A stretch of DNA of 47,704 nucleotides from a virus (Duplodnaviria; Caudoviricetes): positions 1 through 47,704 of IMG/VR virus record IMGVR_UViG_3300009788_004654, one strand, 5' to 3'. Position 1 is the first letter of the stretch; the number at the start of each line of letters is the position of its first letter. A model generated the notes under the pieces. That model had not been told where the DNA came from. It searched no databases and saw only the letters and a program-made list of their open reading frames with translations. Of this stretch, positions 1 through 10,220 are shown piece by piece. The translations under genes and the position numbers were made by a program.

Positions 1-149
1 TATAGTTGAAGCTGAGGAATTACGTAAGATTATAAAAGCTAAGGATCCAGTGAGATTTAATAAATATAAGACAAATTTTATTAATGGTGCTAAAAAGAAG
101 TGGATCCTTAGCTTTTATAATCTTACGTAATTCCTCAGCTTCAACTATA
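1..149. repeat. 49-bp perfect inverted repeat (1-49 / 101-149), fold-back chimera
   Basis: Bases 1-49 are the exact reverse complement of 101-149. The plus strand from base 2 reads IVEAEELRKIIKAKDPVRFNKYKTNFINGAKKKW, a natural DnaE continuation. Confidence 0.9.
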
Positions 150-2680
150 GACATACCAGCGAACTCAGTAGCAGTTTTCATTATATGTTCACTATAAACA
201 ACTACACCATAAGTATCTTTAAGAACACTCCTTAAAGACTTATGTGGAAAAGTAACTTTCTCTCTACCATGTTTTCTTTTTATATATCTTATATGAGCCT
301 GAGCAGCTAAAGCTCCTGGCCTGTCAGCAGCACTGAGAAATATCAAATCCTCTATCCTATCTGGTGACAATTCTTTCAACAACCCTTTTAGCGAAGGCTT
401 GCCTAATTGAAAATAGCCTAAATTTTCACCATTAGATAAAGTTTCATATACTTTAGGATCATCAGTAGGAATATTATCCAAACTTATTCTCTTACCATGC
501 CTGCTATTTACATCAGCAATAGTCTTACTTATTATACTAAGAGTCTTTACTCCAAGTATATCTAATATCATTACACCACGCTCATTAAGAAACTCCTCAT
601 AAGTATGAGAATTTTCCCATTGCGAGGTATAAACACGATTACCAGCCTTATCTTTCTGTGTTCGAACAGGTATCCACTCGTCATAAGGAGTAGGAGTAAT
701 AACTACTCCAGCAGGATGTATACCAGCAGTATAAGCATTTCCTATTATCGGCCTAACATATCTATTGTACCACTCCTTATTACTATCATACCACTGTTGA
801 ACTTCTTCAGAACCTAATGAATCAGCAACTTCACCATGTATTTCTTTAGTTACTTTATTAATAGACTGATAACTAAAATTCTGTAACTTTTCTTTTAAGA
901 TTAAAAGTTCATGCTCATCTTCAGTGACATCTATCACCCTATTTATCTTATTATATTCAACTTTTGCAAGCCTCTTTATGGAACTTCTTAATTGCAATCT
1001 ATTAAAAGCACATACTGAACAAATGTGGTCCTCACCATAATATTTTTTTAAATAATCAATAGCAACATCACGATACTCAGCTTCAAAATCAAGATCAATG
1101 TCAATATCTTGCATACCTTGTAAAACACGACCCGGACTAATAAATCGTTCAAACATAATACTATACTTAATAGGATCAACAACACTAAATCCTAATACAT
1201 GGCATACCAAACTTCCATTCGCAGAACCTCTCATATTGAACAAACAACCCAATCCTCTCATATTTCGCAACAAATCATCAACAATTAACAGATAATCGAC
1301 ACTGTTGGTTTTTTCAAAAGCATCAAGTTCATATTTTATTCGTTCTTTATATCCTTCTTTTTCCCATAACCCTTTACGCTTTGCAGATATTCTAACAAGC
1401 TTCTCTAAGAATTCATGTTTATTTATATCTCTACCCCATTTCATATACACAGGATGTCTTACATAATCATATTTAGGAAAGTGTGCCTCACCCGTAGGTA
1501 TTTCATAATTACACTTATTAGCTATCTCTCTAGTAGCATCTATAGAAAGATTAAAAACTCTCTTTGGAACATAACTACAATTCTTCTTATACGCTTCCAA
1601 CATTTCATCATAAGTTTTAAACCACAAATCCTTACACTTTATACTATACAATTCAGTATCACGATGTATCTTAATCACCATATCTTGTAGTTCATGCATA
1701 CCCTTATCAACATAATGAACATCATTAGTTATAACAGTAGATAGACCAAGTTCTTCTGCAATACTAATCAGCCCATTATTGACTATATATTGTAAATCCT
1801 TTTCACCATCAGAAATATTTAATAATTGTAATTCTAAATATAAATCATCGCCGAAGATACGATGTAGTTTTTTTGCATTTTTACGGGCCTTTTTAGGCTT
1901 ATTTGCCATTAAATTAACCCCTATTAAGCCCCTCAGACATGCTGTAAGGCACACCAACCCCCCTTTGTATGCCTTTAGCATGCCCCAATCGATACGTGGC
2001 CTATAATAAAAACATTCATCAGACCAAGATATCTTCTGTAACTTTAAGAGATTTTTATAACCCTCCTCATTCTTAGCTAATAAAACTATATGATTTGTTG
2101 ATCTATGATCACTATCTTTAATAGTAGCATCATCAACAAAATAAGCCTCAATTCCAAATATTGGCTTTATACCACTAGCCTTGCAGCGTAAATAGAAATC
2201 CATATGACCACTCATATTTCCATGATCTGTAATAGCCATGCTCTCAACACCAAGACTAGTAGCTTTTTCAACATAAGCTTTACAACTAGATACACTATCT
2301 AATAAAGAATACTCTGAGTGGCTATGAAGATGAATGAACTTTCCAGTTCGTGTAGACTTAGGAGGAATTCTAAGAGGAATTAGAGAACTCTCATGTATGG
2401 GTAAAACTTTTTTACCACCAACTAATCTTGGAACTTTTATTATATCATCAACATTTAATAGAAATAAGCTGTCTTTATATACTACTATAAGTCTAGATAC
2501 ATTTGTAGGAAGTTTTTTATAGATGAAAAAAGGAATATTAGTTTCTTTTGCTTCATAAAATCTATACTTAGACCTGTACAAATACAAACTCCCCTGGTCT
2601 GTATGAAACACTTTACCATCACGTTCACCAACATGTATCTTATTAAATTTAAGAATACTTAAAATTTTGGAGAGCTTCAT
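101..2680 (-). CDS. dnaE: DNA polymerase III alpha subunit (phage DnaE), 3'-incomplete
   Basis: PHP motifs HLHSHSEYSLLD, AITDHG, GIEAY and TNDVHY; RGSANGS, FERF, catalytic DIDIDLD, HPAGVVI, D(I)LG and RPG. The ORF-track end (20-100) comes from a fold-back artefact. Confidence 0.95.
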
Positions 2681-2698
2681 ATTATATTTAGATAATGT

Positions 2699-3112
2699 TT
2701 AAGCTTTATCTATTTCTTCTTGAGACCACTCAAAACATTTTTCGCCATCAATTTCAAGACATTTAAAACACACAGGACCAGAAGACCAGGGCATAGCTTG
2801 TACAACTTCTCTAGCAATCCTACCATCGTCTAAATCATACTCTAACAAACGTGGACCGCAACCATAAAAAGCATCTACTTCTTCATATATGTTAGACGAC
2901 ATCTTTGTATTCAAAACCTCATCACAACGAGGACATTTATCTCCTTCAACACGCACAACATTTTCATCTAAAAATTCTTGTGCTGCCTCAGTTAATCCTC
3001 TACCTTGATACATTCTCATAAACTTTCTCCTTATATTTTCCCTAACATAATATTCCGTGTATGCATAGCAATAAATCTCATCTGCATTTCTGTTTCTATT
3101 TTGGCTATACAA
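2699..3112 (-). CDS. hypothetical protein with CxxC motifs (start uncertain)
   Basis: Co-oriented ORF with CPRC and CFKC. The true start is probably downstream of 3112. Confidence 0.6.
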   Translation of the reverse strand: MYSQNRNRNADEIYCYAYTEYYVRENIRRKFMRMYQGRGLTEAAQEFLDENVVRVEGDKCPRCDEVLNTKMSSNIYEEVDAFYGCGPRLLEYDLDDGRIAREVVQAMPWSSGPVCFKCLEIDGEKCFEWSQEEIDKA

Positions 3113-3246
3113 ATTCTTAACACAACTTGCTTATCAGCATCAGCCAAATCAATTTCACTTTCTAACAATTCCATAACTTTCATTGATATATTAAACAGTT
3201 TTTCAGTTTCTGCCTTCCTAGTTTCGCCCATAATTTCCTCCCTCAA
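3031..3246 (-). CDS. hypothetical protein
   Basis: Co-oriented ORF with GAGGGAGG RBS-like sequences near 3236-3257. Confidence 0.55.
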   Translation of the reverse strand: MREEIMGETRKAETEKLFNISMKVMELLESEIDLADADKQVVLRICIAKIETEMQMRFIAMHTRNIMLGKI

Positions 3247-3283
3247 TTTCCTCCCTCAAAAGATTTTTTGATCCTTAGATATT

Positions 3284-3445
3284 TTATGACCGCTCATTTA
3301 AGACCTTATTAATAATATCAAACCAACTCGTTCGAATTTCATTTTTTATATCTTCATCTATTAAATCCCACTCATGCCTCAATCCTCTACGATCTGTAAG
3401 ATCATCAAGGATTCTATCCACAATCTCTTTCGCAATATGTTTCAT
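3284..3445 (-). CDS. small hypothetical protein (53 aa, not in ORF track)
   Basis: Hand translation MKHIAKEIVDRILDDLTDRRGLRHEWDLIDEDIKNEIRTSWFDIINKVLNERS. It fills the gap and has GGAG upstream. Confidence 0.6.
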   Translation of the reverse strand: MKHIAKEIVDRILDDLTDRRGLRHEWDLIDEDIKNEIRTSWFDIINKVLNERS

Positions 3446-3476
3446 CTTCTACAACTCCATAACCTTTGTCACTATA

Positions 3477-4712
3477 TTAAATGCGATATTTTGCATACCA
3501 GTCACCCAATATATATGAAACTATTTCAGGAAATTTCTTATACTTTTCACTTATTTCTTTTGAAACACGATCATAGACATGTATAAGTTTATTATCATTA
3601 CTTTTTTTCATAGCCCTAATAGAAAATTCTAACGCAGCAACTTTAAGATCATCAGCAATATAAACACTATTAAGCAAAGTATCAAATGCATAATTGAAAT
3701 TTTTACTAACAGCCATGTGTAAATATACCTTACACATCTCAAATATACCATATATATAGTCACTAGTGAAATTACCACGATTAATATTAGCCGTTCCAGC
3801 GCCAACTCTTAACGAAAATATAAAATCCTCTATCCCTGAAACAGCAACTAGTAAGTTTTCATTTAAAGATCTAACCGAAGTTATATCATCAATAGGATAT
3901 TCAGTATCTAGATAGTCATATACATCAAAAAACGGAGCCTGTAATATGTTATCAATTCTTTTGAACATATGTTCATAATAATGAAATGAGCCAGCATTGT
4001 GTTTATAATCACCAATTTTTATATTTTCAAAATCAAAATCCGTGGCCTCATATTTATCATTAGAAAGTATACACACAATCACCTCTTGTAAGAACATCCA
4101 TTCAACAACATTAATATTATAAGCTCCGTAAACTACATCATTAGATCTCATATTACATATACAATCAAGCTTATTGTCTCTTATTAGAAACTGCAAATAC
4201 ATTGTACAAGGAGTATCTTTAGTTTTGGGCATTAAGTATTGATCACGATCTGGTGAATAAATACTTATAACAGCTTGCGTACTGTAAGGATCATCTAACA
4301 AAATATTTACAACATTCTGTATCTGATCAATAACCACATGGGGTCCAAGTCCAGCAAAAGCTGCTCCAACAAATGGCCTCCTATGTCCCTCAAATTGTCG
4401 AAGTCTAGGACCATATCCAGCAGCCCACGATCTACCATCATCACTATAGTTATAAGCACTTGGTAGAAAACTACCTAGCCACATCAGATCATTACGACCT
4501 GAAAATACCCACAATATCTCAGCTACTGTAGCAAAAACATTTGCATATCTAAATGGACAAGTCAATACACTTCTACGAGGCTTAGTAACAGTAAAAGAAT
4601 AATTATTTAATTCTTTTCTATTAGTTCCACGTATTAGATAATTTATACCAGAACGCGAAACGTCATTTAATGAATTCCTAAAAGACCTATTTATACTATT
4701 CGCCACATTCAT
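3477..4712 (-). CDS. thymidylate synthase-family protein, probable dUMP hydroxymethylase
   Basis: Motifs E(I)LW, GYGPR, DTPC (catalytic Cys), RSND..YG..NIN..EW and GSFHYY. It has a long C-terminal extension. The start was moved to ATG 4712 because the upstream 'RKKRR' is a shadow of the Glu run in the preceding ORF. Confidence 0.8.
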   Translation of the reverse strand: MNVANSINRSFRNSLNDVSRSGINYLIRGTNRKELNNYSFTVTKPRRSVLTCPFRYANVFATVAEILWVFSGRNDLMWLGSFLPSAYNYSDDGRSWAAGYGPRLRQFEGHRRPFVGAAFAGLGPHVVIDQIQNVVNILLDDPYSTQAVISIYSPDRDQYLMPKTKDTPCTMYLQFLIRDNKLDCICNMRSNDVVYGAYNINVVEWMFLQEVIVCILSNDKYEATDFDFENIKIGDYKHNAGSFHYYEHMFKRIDNILQAPFFDVYDYLDTEYPIDDITSVRSLNENLLVAVSGIEDFIFSLRVGAGTANINRGNFTSDYIYGIFEMCKVYLHMAVSKNFNYAFDTLLNSVYIADDLKVAALEFSIRAMKKSNDNKLIHVYDRVSKEISEKYKKFPEIVSYILGDWYAKYRI

Positions 4713-4905
4713 CTTTTCCCTCCTCTTCTTCCTCCTCTTCTTCCTCCTCTTCTTCCTCATTATCCAATAGATTAAATATCAAAAAATTTCTAATATCCAA
4801 TAACATCTCTGCTATTATAAGTAAAGCTCCACTTGCCATTGCTTCATAATTACCTTTTTCCCATTGCCTTCCTAAATCTTTCCTCACATCTTCTTCATCT
4901 CTCAT
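4696..4905 (-). CDS. small hypothetical protein with acidic Glu-run tail
   Basis: ORF with a GAGGGGGAG RBS. Confidence 0.6.
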   Translation of the reverse strand: MRDEEDVRKDLGRQWEKGNYEAMASGALLIIAEMLLDIRNFLIFNLLDNEEEEEEEEEEEEEGKDECGE

Positions 4906-4917
4906 TTTCTCCCCCTC

Positions 4918-5611
4918 TCATTTCATAAAATTAAGAATTTTTATAATTGCCTCATTTTTATCCTTTGCCTTAAAAATAGGTCTGCCACATATTACACTAG
5001 TAGCTCCTCCCTCAAAAGCCTGTTTAGGAAAAACTACATGTACTTGAGGACTTCCCAATACATCTTCAGCAACAACACCATATCTTATCCCAGGTACATT
5101 TTTTTATATCTATATCTGCAATACATTCTAACATAGTACCAGGAACAGTAACACCATAACAACCAGCTTCATAAGCCATCAGAGTAAATTTTCTAACAAG
5201 TATATCTATAGGTTTGCTATATATAGCCAAACATTCAGAACTACTATAATGTGTTAATATAGTATTGGCTATTACTTTGATACCATTGGTAGACTCTTGA
5301 AGAAAAACTAATTGCTTGAGTGCAGATATACCAATTTGAGCATGAATAGTAACATAGTCAACAAAACCAGCTAAATGTTTTATTGCAGAAATCATAGTAC
5401 GAATGCCATTAAACATCTTCAAATCAGCAATAATTGGTTTTATCATAAATTCATGATTAAGAAACCCAATCTGTTTTTTCAATAATAAATCTAAATTAAT
5501 CTTAACACCAAAAAAATTTGAAGCCCTCAAAGCTCTAAAGTCACAACAAGACTCCAAAACACTTTCACTACTATCAAAATCCATAACAACAAAAAGCTTA
5601 GGATCTTCCAT
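4918..5611 (-). pseudogene. pyrF: orotidine-5'-phosphate decarboxylase, interrupted by a frameshift at ~5097-5105
   Basis: The N-terminal part has VVMD, KIN, ADLKMFN..RT, TIH and LT motifs. After the A7 run another frame continues VPGIRY...Q.HV.FP..AFEGGATSVICGRPIF...MK* to 4918, the typical PyrF C-terminus. Confidence 0.85.
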
Positions 5612-5667
5612 TTATATCCTCCTTTCATAAGTTATTTAAAGATTCAACTGCACACTAGCAGCAAATT

Positions 5668-5868
5668 TCACACTCGCTTTTTCTTCATATGTCTTCTTAC
5701 TTGTCCAGTGGACCTATTATCTCGGAATGTTCTATATAGTATCCCTCTATTTTTTATTTTAAAGTCTATTCTATGTACAAGACCACAATCACAACACGCA
5801 ATCTTGTTCCCCCTACGAGTTGTTGTAGCCCACTCACCCTCCTCCTGAACTTCAAACTTATCCGCCAT
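5668..5868 (-). CDS. small Cys-containing phage protein
   Basis: ACCDCGLVH motif and a GAGGGAG RBS. Confidence 0.7.
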   Translation of the reverse strand: MADKFEVQEEGEWATTTRRGNKIACCDCGLVHRIDFKIKNRGILYRTFRDNRSTGQVRRHMKKKRV

Positions 5869-5898
5869 ATTCTCCCTCTATTATATTATTTTATTAAT

Positions 5899-6618
5899 TT
5901 AAGTACCACCATTTTCTACTGGCTTAAAACCTCTCATTTCTTGCCAACCAAGAGGATTTTTAAGAAACTCTCTATAATCTCTAATAGCATTACTATACCC
6001 AGGAGCAATTTCTGCAATCCTCAACAAGTCTTCCAATGTTACAAGACTTATAAGTTTTATACCCATATCACGTAGCTTTTGTACTCCTACTGGATTCTCA
6101 TACGAAAGTATAGTAGCTGCACATCTACAATTATATCCTGCCAGACGCAACTCTTCAATAGCATTAGCTGTAGTCTCTGCATAATTAATAAGCTCTTCCA
6201 CATCTATACAATGCATGCCTTTCTCTATTTCGTCATTGTTTTTATCTCCGGTTATAACCTTTTTATGCCCCCCTTTCTTCCTACTAGGTCTTATATACAC
6301 ATATGGAATATTATGACCTCGCATTATGCCTAACAGTTCACTAAGTATCCAACCTGGAATTTGACCTCCAGTAACATTACCAGCAATAAAATCAATCACT
6401 CCAACTTCCACTGAAATTTTCAATGCAAGTTTTCTAACAAGAGACATAAGTACATTCCTTTGACCAACAAGTCCTTTAATATTAACATATCCAGGTCCAT
6501 AATTACCAGATGAATAAAGAAAAGGTTCTTCGCCGCCATCAATATCTCTTATTTCAAGAGCACCAGCATTAATTATAGTAGAACAAACACCATCCACATC
6601 ATAGTTAACTTCTGTCAT
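5899..6618 (-). CDS. pyrE: orotate phosphoribosyltransferase
   Basis: F.YSSG..GP.Y, YIR..RKKGG flexible loop and a PRPP-loop variant VEELINYAETT. It lies next to pyrF. Confidence 0.88.
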   Translation of the reverse strand: MTEVNYDVDGVCSTIINAGALEIRDIDGGEEPFLYSSGNYGPGYVNIKGLVGQRNVLMSLVRKLALKISVEVGVIDFIAGNVTGGQIPGWILSELLGIMRGHNIPYVYIRPSRKKGGHKKVITGDKNNDEIEKGMHCIDVEELINYAETTANAIEELRLAGYNCRCAATILSYENPVGVQKLRDMGIKLISLVTLEDLLRIAEIAPGYSNAIRDYREFLKNPLGWQEMRGFKPVENGGT

Positions 6619-6669
6619 ATTAACCTCCTTAACCTTAAAGAAAAGTTTTTGTTTTTTCTCTATTCACAA

Positions 6670-6825
6670 TTACAAATCTTCCCTTGGTCTACAGTTCGAA
6701 CACACCTGTTTCTTTGCATTACTCTTATCTAATCGTTGGGGAAAACCCCGAGTATAATAATCCCCACATTTAGGACACTTATACGTAACCCTAGCTCGTG
6801 CTTTTCCACCTATTCTCTTTGCCAT
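6670..6825 (-). CDS. small zinc-ribbon protein (51 aa, not in ORF track)
   Basis: Hand translation MAKRIGGKARARVTYKCPKCG...VCSNCRPREDL, with an AGAGGA RBS. Confidence 0.65.
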   Translation of the reverse strand: MAKRIGGKARARVTYKCPKCGDYYTRGFPQRLDKSNAKKQVCSNCRPREDL

Positions 6826-6836
6826 ATTAACTTCCT

Positions 6837-7103
6837 CTATTGAAATTCTTTTTCTTTATCAGTACTCTTATTCTCTTTACACACATCAACAAGACATTTG
6901 TCATAACCTAATCTAAAAGCCATGTGTAAAAGTTGGTTCTCTATATACCAAAACAAATTACTAAAACACTTCTCATCAATACTCTCATTAACACCTAAAC
7001 TTCCTCTATCATCATTTTTTCTACCTCCATCAACAGCCATTTTTTTAATGCTTATCATCTCATGGCTTTCAAGATATGGTGTCTCTGATGGTTTTAATCT
7101 CAT
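6837..7103 (-). CDS. hypothetical protein
   Basis: ATG at 7103 follows GGAGG. Confidence 0.6.
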   Translation of the reverse strand: MRLKPSETPYLESHEMISIKKMAVDGGRKNDDRGSLGVNESIDEKCFSNLFWYIENQLLHMAFRLGYDKCLVDVCKENKSTDKEKEFQ

Positions 7104-7445
7104 AATTACCTCCACAACTTAGTTTTTATCCTCCTAATATGATTTCTTTCCCACTTTCTTTTGCCTCCCTTTCTGTTACTATTTTATCGTTATCAAAATC
7201 ATAATAGGACTTAACCCTATACCATAATACAAATCCCCACGGCCTATACTGCGAACCTTCTAGAAACTTTGTTCCTTTACACGAATTACATAAAAAAATC
7301 TTTCCTCTACAAGTCTCTTGAACTTCTTCCTCTATCTCTTCATCACTTTTATCTTCACCCATATTACTTTCTAGAGCGGCACAACATTCTGGACAAAATA
7401 TGTCCCAGGCATAAGACATAATTACCTCCACAACTTAGTTTTTAT
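7101..7445. repeat. identical 29-bp direct repeats (7101-7129, 7417-7445) flanking one gene
   Basis: cataattacctccacaacttagtttttat occurs twice. Confidence 0.9.
7126..7419 (-). CDS. hypothetical zinc-ribbon protein
   Basis: CPEC...CNSC motifs. ATG at 7419 follows GGAGG. Confidence 0.65.
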   Translation of the reverse strand: MSYAWDIFCPECCAALESNMGEDKSDEEIEEEVQETCRGKIFLCNSCKGTKFLEGSQYRPWGFVLWYRVKSYYDFDNDKIVTEREAKESGKEIILGG

Positions 7446-8462
7446 TCTTCCTTGCTTAATAGCCTTAAGTGTCATCATGACAAGACCACCTGCCATAGTT
7501 TCTAATCTACGCCTCTCAACAAAAGCAAGTGTTTTAGCTAACACAGTTATCTGTGCAAGAGCAAAATAAATGCTTACGCCAAGATTAAGTACACACTTCT
7601 CTTTTTCACCATCTCTAATCTTTTTCACAAGTTCTTTATCGGAATTAAAAACTTCAGCAGTTACCATTGTTCTTACACGACGCATAAAATTATCAGAACT
7701 ATCAAGTTTCTCAAGCGGCTCGTCTTTCATAACTTTAAATATAGTAGCCATTTTTTTAGAATCAACTGTAATTTCCTTACAACTCTTACGTACAGCTTTT
7801 AGCCATTCAGTCTTTTCCATATGATGAGTAAATCTAGTCCTAAACGAAGATATCAAATCAGTAGCTTCCCTCACTACCATACCATTCATACATGCTAACC
7901 TATTAAAGAAAGGACGACCAACAAACACACTCCAACCTGTATCACTATAGACCAAATCAGTACCAACCTCAACAATATCATCTTTTTTAACTTTTATTAA
8001 ATCAGCCGGATCAGCAGTAGTTATCCTTATACCCCAATCACTATAGTTAGCTGTTTTGAAATTCTGCATAATTGGTATCTTCTTAAGAAGTTCAGCGTAA
8101 CCAACATGTCTAAAATTAGGATCAGCAACACCACGAATTTCATTCCCCTGAAAAAATATCTTTAATACACTATCATCAGTATACTCATCCTTCATTCTGT
8201 TAATATCTCTAATAGTCATATCAGTAGGAGACTTGTCCATATAGAACCTAATAGGCATTTGGAATGTTTTTAATAATTGTCTCATAGCTAAATCACGCAC
8301 AGGATGTTCTTTTCCTTCTACCTTAAGTCCATTTTCAGTAACTGTCAAATCCTTAAATTCCACCTCGCTCTCTGTTTTACTTTTTTCTTGCTCCAAAACA
8401 AAATTTTTAAAACTTTTGTGTGAACCAAATACAACTGGACTAGTTTCTATCAACGGTATCAT
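7422..8462 (-). CDS. DUF932/DUF945-like phage protein
   Basis: RLACMNGM resembles the RLxCxNG signature. AAGGAGG RBS. Confidence 0.6.
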   Translation of the reverse strand: MIPLIETSPVVFGSHKSFKNFVLEQEKSKTESEVEFKDLTVTENGLKVEGKEHPVRDLAMRQLLKTFQMPIRFYMDKSPTDMTIRDINRMKDEYTDDSVLKIFFQGNEIRGVADPNFRHVGYAELLKKIPIMQNFKTANYSDWGIRITTADPADLIKVKKDDIVEVGTDLVYSDTGWSVFVGRPFFNRLACMNGMVVREATDLISSFRTRFTHHMEKTEWLKAVRKSCKEITVDSKKMATIFKVMKDEPLEKLDSSDNFMRRVRTMVTAEVFNSDKELVKKIRDGEKEKCVLNLGVSIYFALAQITVLAKTLAFVERRRLETMAGGLVMMTLKAIKQGRIKTKLWR

Positions 8463-8559
8463 TGCTACCTCCTTCTAGTATAAATTTACAACCCACATTT
8501 TTGCCACAATATCTAATCTCAAATAAATTTCTCAATCCTATACAATCACCTCCTTTTCA

Positions 8560-8706
8560 TCATAAAACTACTATTCTCCCTTTGAAAATAGAAACCCCAC
8601 ACTTAGGACAGCAAAGCCAACAGTCATCTTCTAAATAAGCCCTAAAAATCTGCTCACAATTATTACACCACCACACATTTTTGAAATCCAACTTTAGACC
8701 ACTCAT
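8560..8706 (-). CDS. small zinc-ribbon protein (48 aa, not in ORF track)
   Basis: MSGLKLDFKNVWWCNNC...CCPKCG...VVL, with a strong GGAGGAGGT RBS. Confidence 0.6.
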   Translation of the reverse strand: MSGLKLDFKNVWWCNNCEQIFRAYLEDDCWLCCPKCGVSIFKGRIVVL

Positions 8707-8790
8707 ACCAACCACCTCCTCCTTTATTACCCACTATCCCATAAGGTAGGAAACACAATTAAAAAGCAATAGAAAAACACTATTCTATAT

Positions 8791-9339
8791 CTAAACAGAA
8801 TGTCTTCTATAAACAATAGCACAATGGTTATGATCAAAGTCTTTCCATTTAAATCCATCACATATGAAATTTAAAATTTTAAACGAACGAGGCTTATTTC
8901 TAGAAGATTCGGGAATGGCACACTTACCTTTTCTACTATCTATTAAAGGCATCGAACACAATTGACAAACTGACTGAGTAAGAAAGGACATAGCATCATA
9001 ATTACCATTTCTACAGTACTCTAACAATAATCTATATAAATCCAACTGCATTCTATATTCAAACAATGTAGATTCATATTTATTATGCTTACTAGATATA
9101 TGAGCAACTAGATGTTTATTATCGACATGTTTTTTTCTACACCAAGGACATACTGACATTCTAGATCTAATGACACCAATATACCTATATACATCCATAC
9201 ATTTACCAGAGAAAAATTTTAATAGATCACGTTTAATCAATCCAGTTTCAGCAATGTCGTACATAAAACATAAACTAGGTTGAATGTTAATTCTCGGCCT
9301 ATGTATAACAATACGCTTAACAAGCTTAAACTTGTCCAT
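8791..9339 (-). CDS. hypothetical Zn-finger protein
   Basis: C2H2-like CPWC-x12-H-x4-H plus CQLC. Confidence 0.65.
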   Translation of the reverse strand: MDKFKLVKRIVIHRPRINIQPSLCFMYDIAETGLIKRDLLKFFSGKCMDVYRYIGVIRSRMSVCPWCRKKHVDNKHLVAHISSKHNKYESTLFEYRMQLDLYRLLLEYCRNGNYDAMSFLTQSVCQLCSMPLIDSRKGKCAIPESSRNKPRSFKILNFICDGFKWKDFDHNHCAIVYRRHSV

Positions 9340-9580
9340 GTCTCCTCTCCTTTTTAGTAGTCAATCATGCAATATATAACATCTTCAAAATACTAATCCT
9401 TCAACGCCTCCCACAATAGACCTTATATTTTTGAATAAACACTCTAAACCTCTCATTCTTAATTTTCAATTTTTCAACTTCCTGTTTTAGTTTATTGTTT
9501 TCAAATTTTAGTTTCAATATCACTTTATTTTTACTACCAAGCTGTTTACTTCTATCTATTTTATCCATCATTACTCAATC

Positions 9581-10207
9581 TCATTTCACCAAAAATGCTG
9601 TTATGCTAGTTAAGTATGAATCTACAGGATATTCATATTTGACATTGTGATTCTCTAATACCTCAAACACATTTATTCCTATGCTTTCCAACGATGGCAT
9701 ACCACTTCTTTTACAAGGTGGGTTATCTCTATTAGGACAATGTTTACCCTCGCAAAAATCACAATGTCCAGGTAAAAAGCCAAAAACCTTCACATCTCGT
9801 TTCCTAAATTTTATTCTATACCTACGCATCAGTTTAGTAATCTCTCTAACCTGTCCAGCTTCAGTACCTTTAAGTTCCATACCTCTTTTTTTCTTAAATT
9901 CTACATGAGAAAGTTCACTACAATTAATTTTCCAAGCTTTAGTACCATTGTTTTTAAAAATAAATAACACAGCATAAGAATAGTTACAAATCCATTCCTT
10001 TGTAGATTTAAGAGTTTTAAATTGCGAATAGGTTTTAAACAAGTAAGGCGGACATAAAATTGCTCTACTCCACAAACCACAATTTTGACATTTTAAACGA
10101 ACCATAGGATCAAGAATTAATCTATTAGGTTTTGTAATTATACATTCATCAAAACTTTCAGGAAATCTTAATCTACTTAAAATTCTTCTTAAATGTACTA
10201 ACTTCAT
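9581..10207 (-). CDS. DUF2284-like Cys-rich metal-binding protein
   Basis: CQNCG.....CPP, GHCDFC...C.....PC and PSLESIGINV motifs. Confidence 0.75.
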   Translation of the reverse strand: MKLVHLRRILSRLRFPESFDECIITKPNRLILDPMVRLKCQNCGLWSRAILCPPYLFKTYSQFKTLKSTKEWICNYSYAVLFIFKNNGTKAWKINCSELSHVEFKKKRGMELKGTEAGQVREITKLMRRYRIKFRKRDVKVFGFLPGHCDFCEGKHCPNRDNPPCKRSGMPSLESIGINVFEVLENHNVKYEYPVDSYLTSITAFLVK

Positions 10208-10220
10208 AACACTACCCCTT

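Noticed and set aside
1-149. Terminal hairpin, telomere or invertible segment
   Set aside because: It falls mid-DnaE at the window edge, the loop is the genuine dnaE continuation on the opposite strand, and the junction has TGGATCC microhomology. This is typical of an amplification or assembly fold-back, so the ORF-track C-terminus of DnaE is spurious.
4713-4760. Basic RKKRR N-terminus of the TS-like protein
   Set aside because: It is a frame shadow of the GAG/GAA run in ORF 4696-4905. ATG 4712 has a good RBS.
4918-5611. Stop-codon reassignment explaining the short PyrF
   Set aside because: The continuation is in a different frame, and TAA, TAG and TGA all end genes normally in this window.
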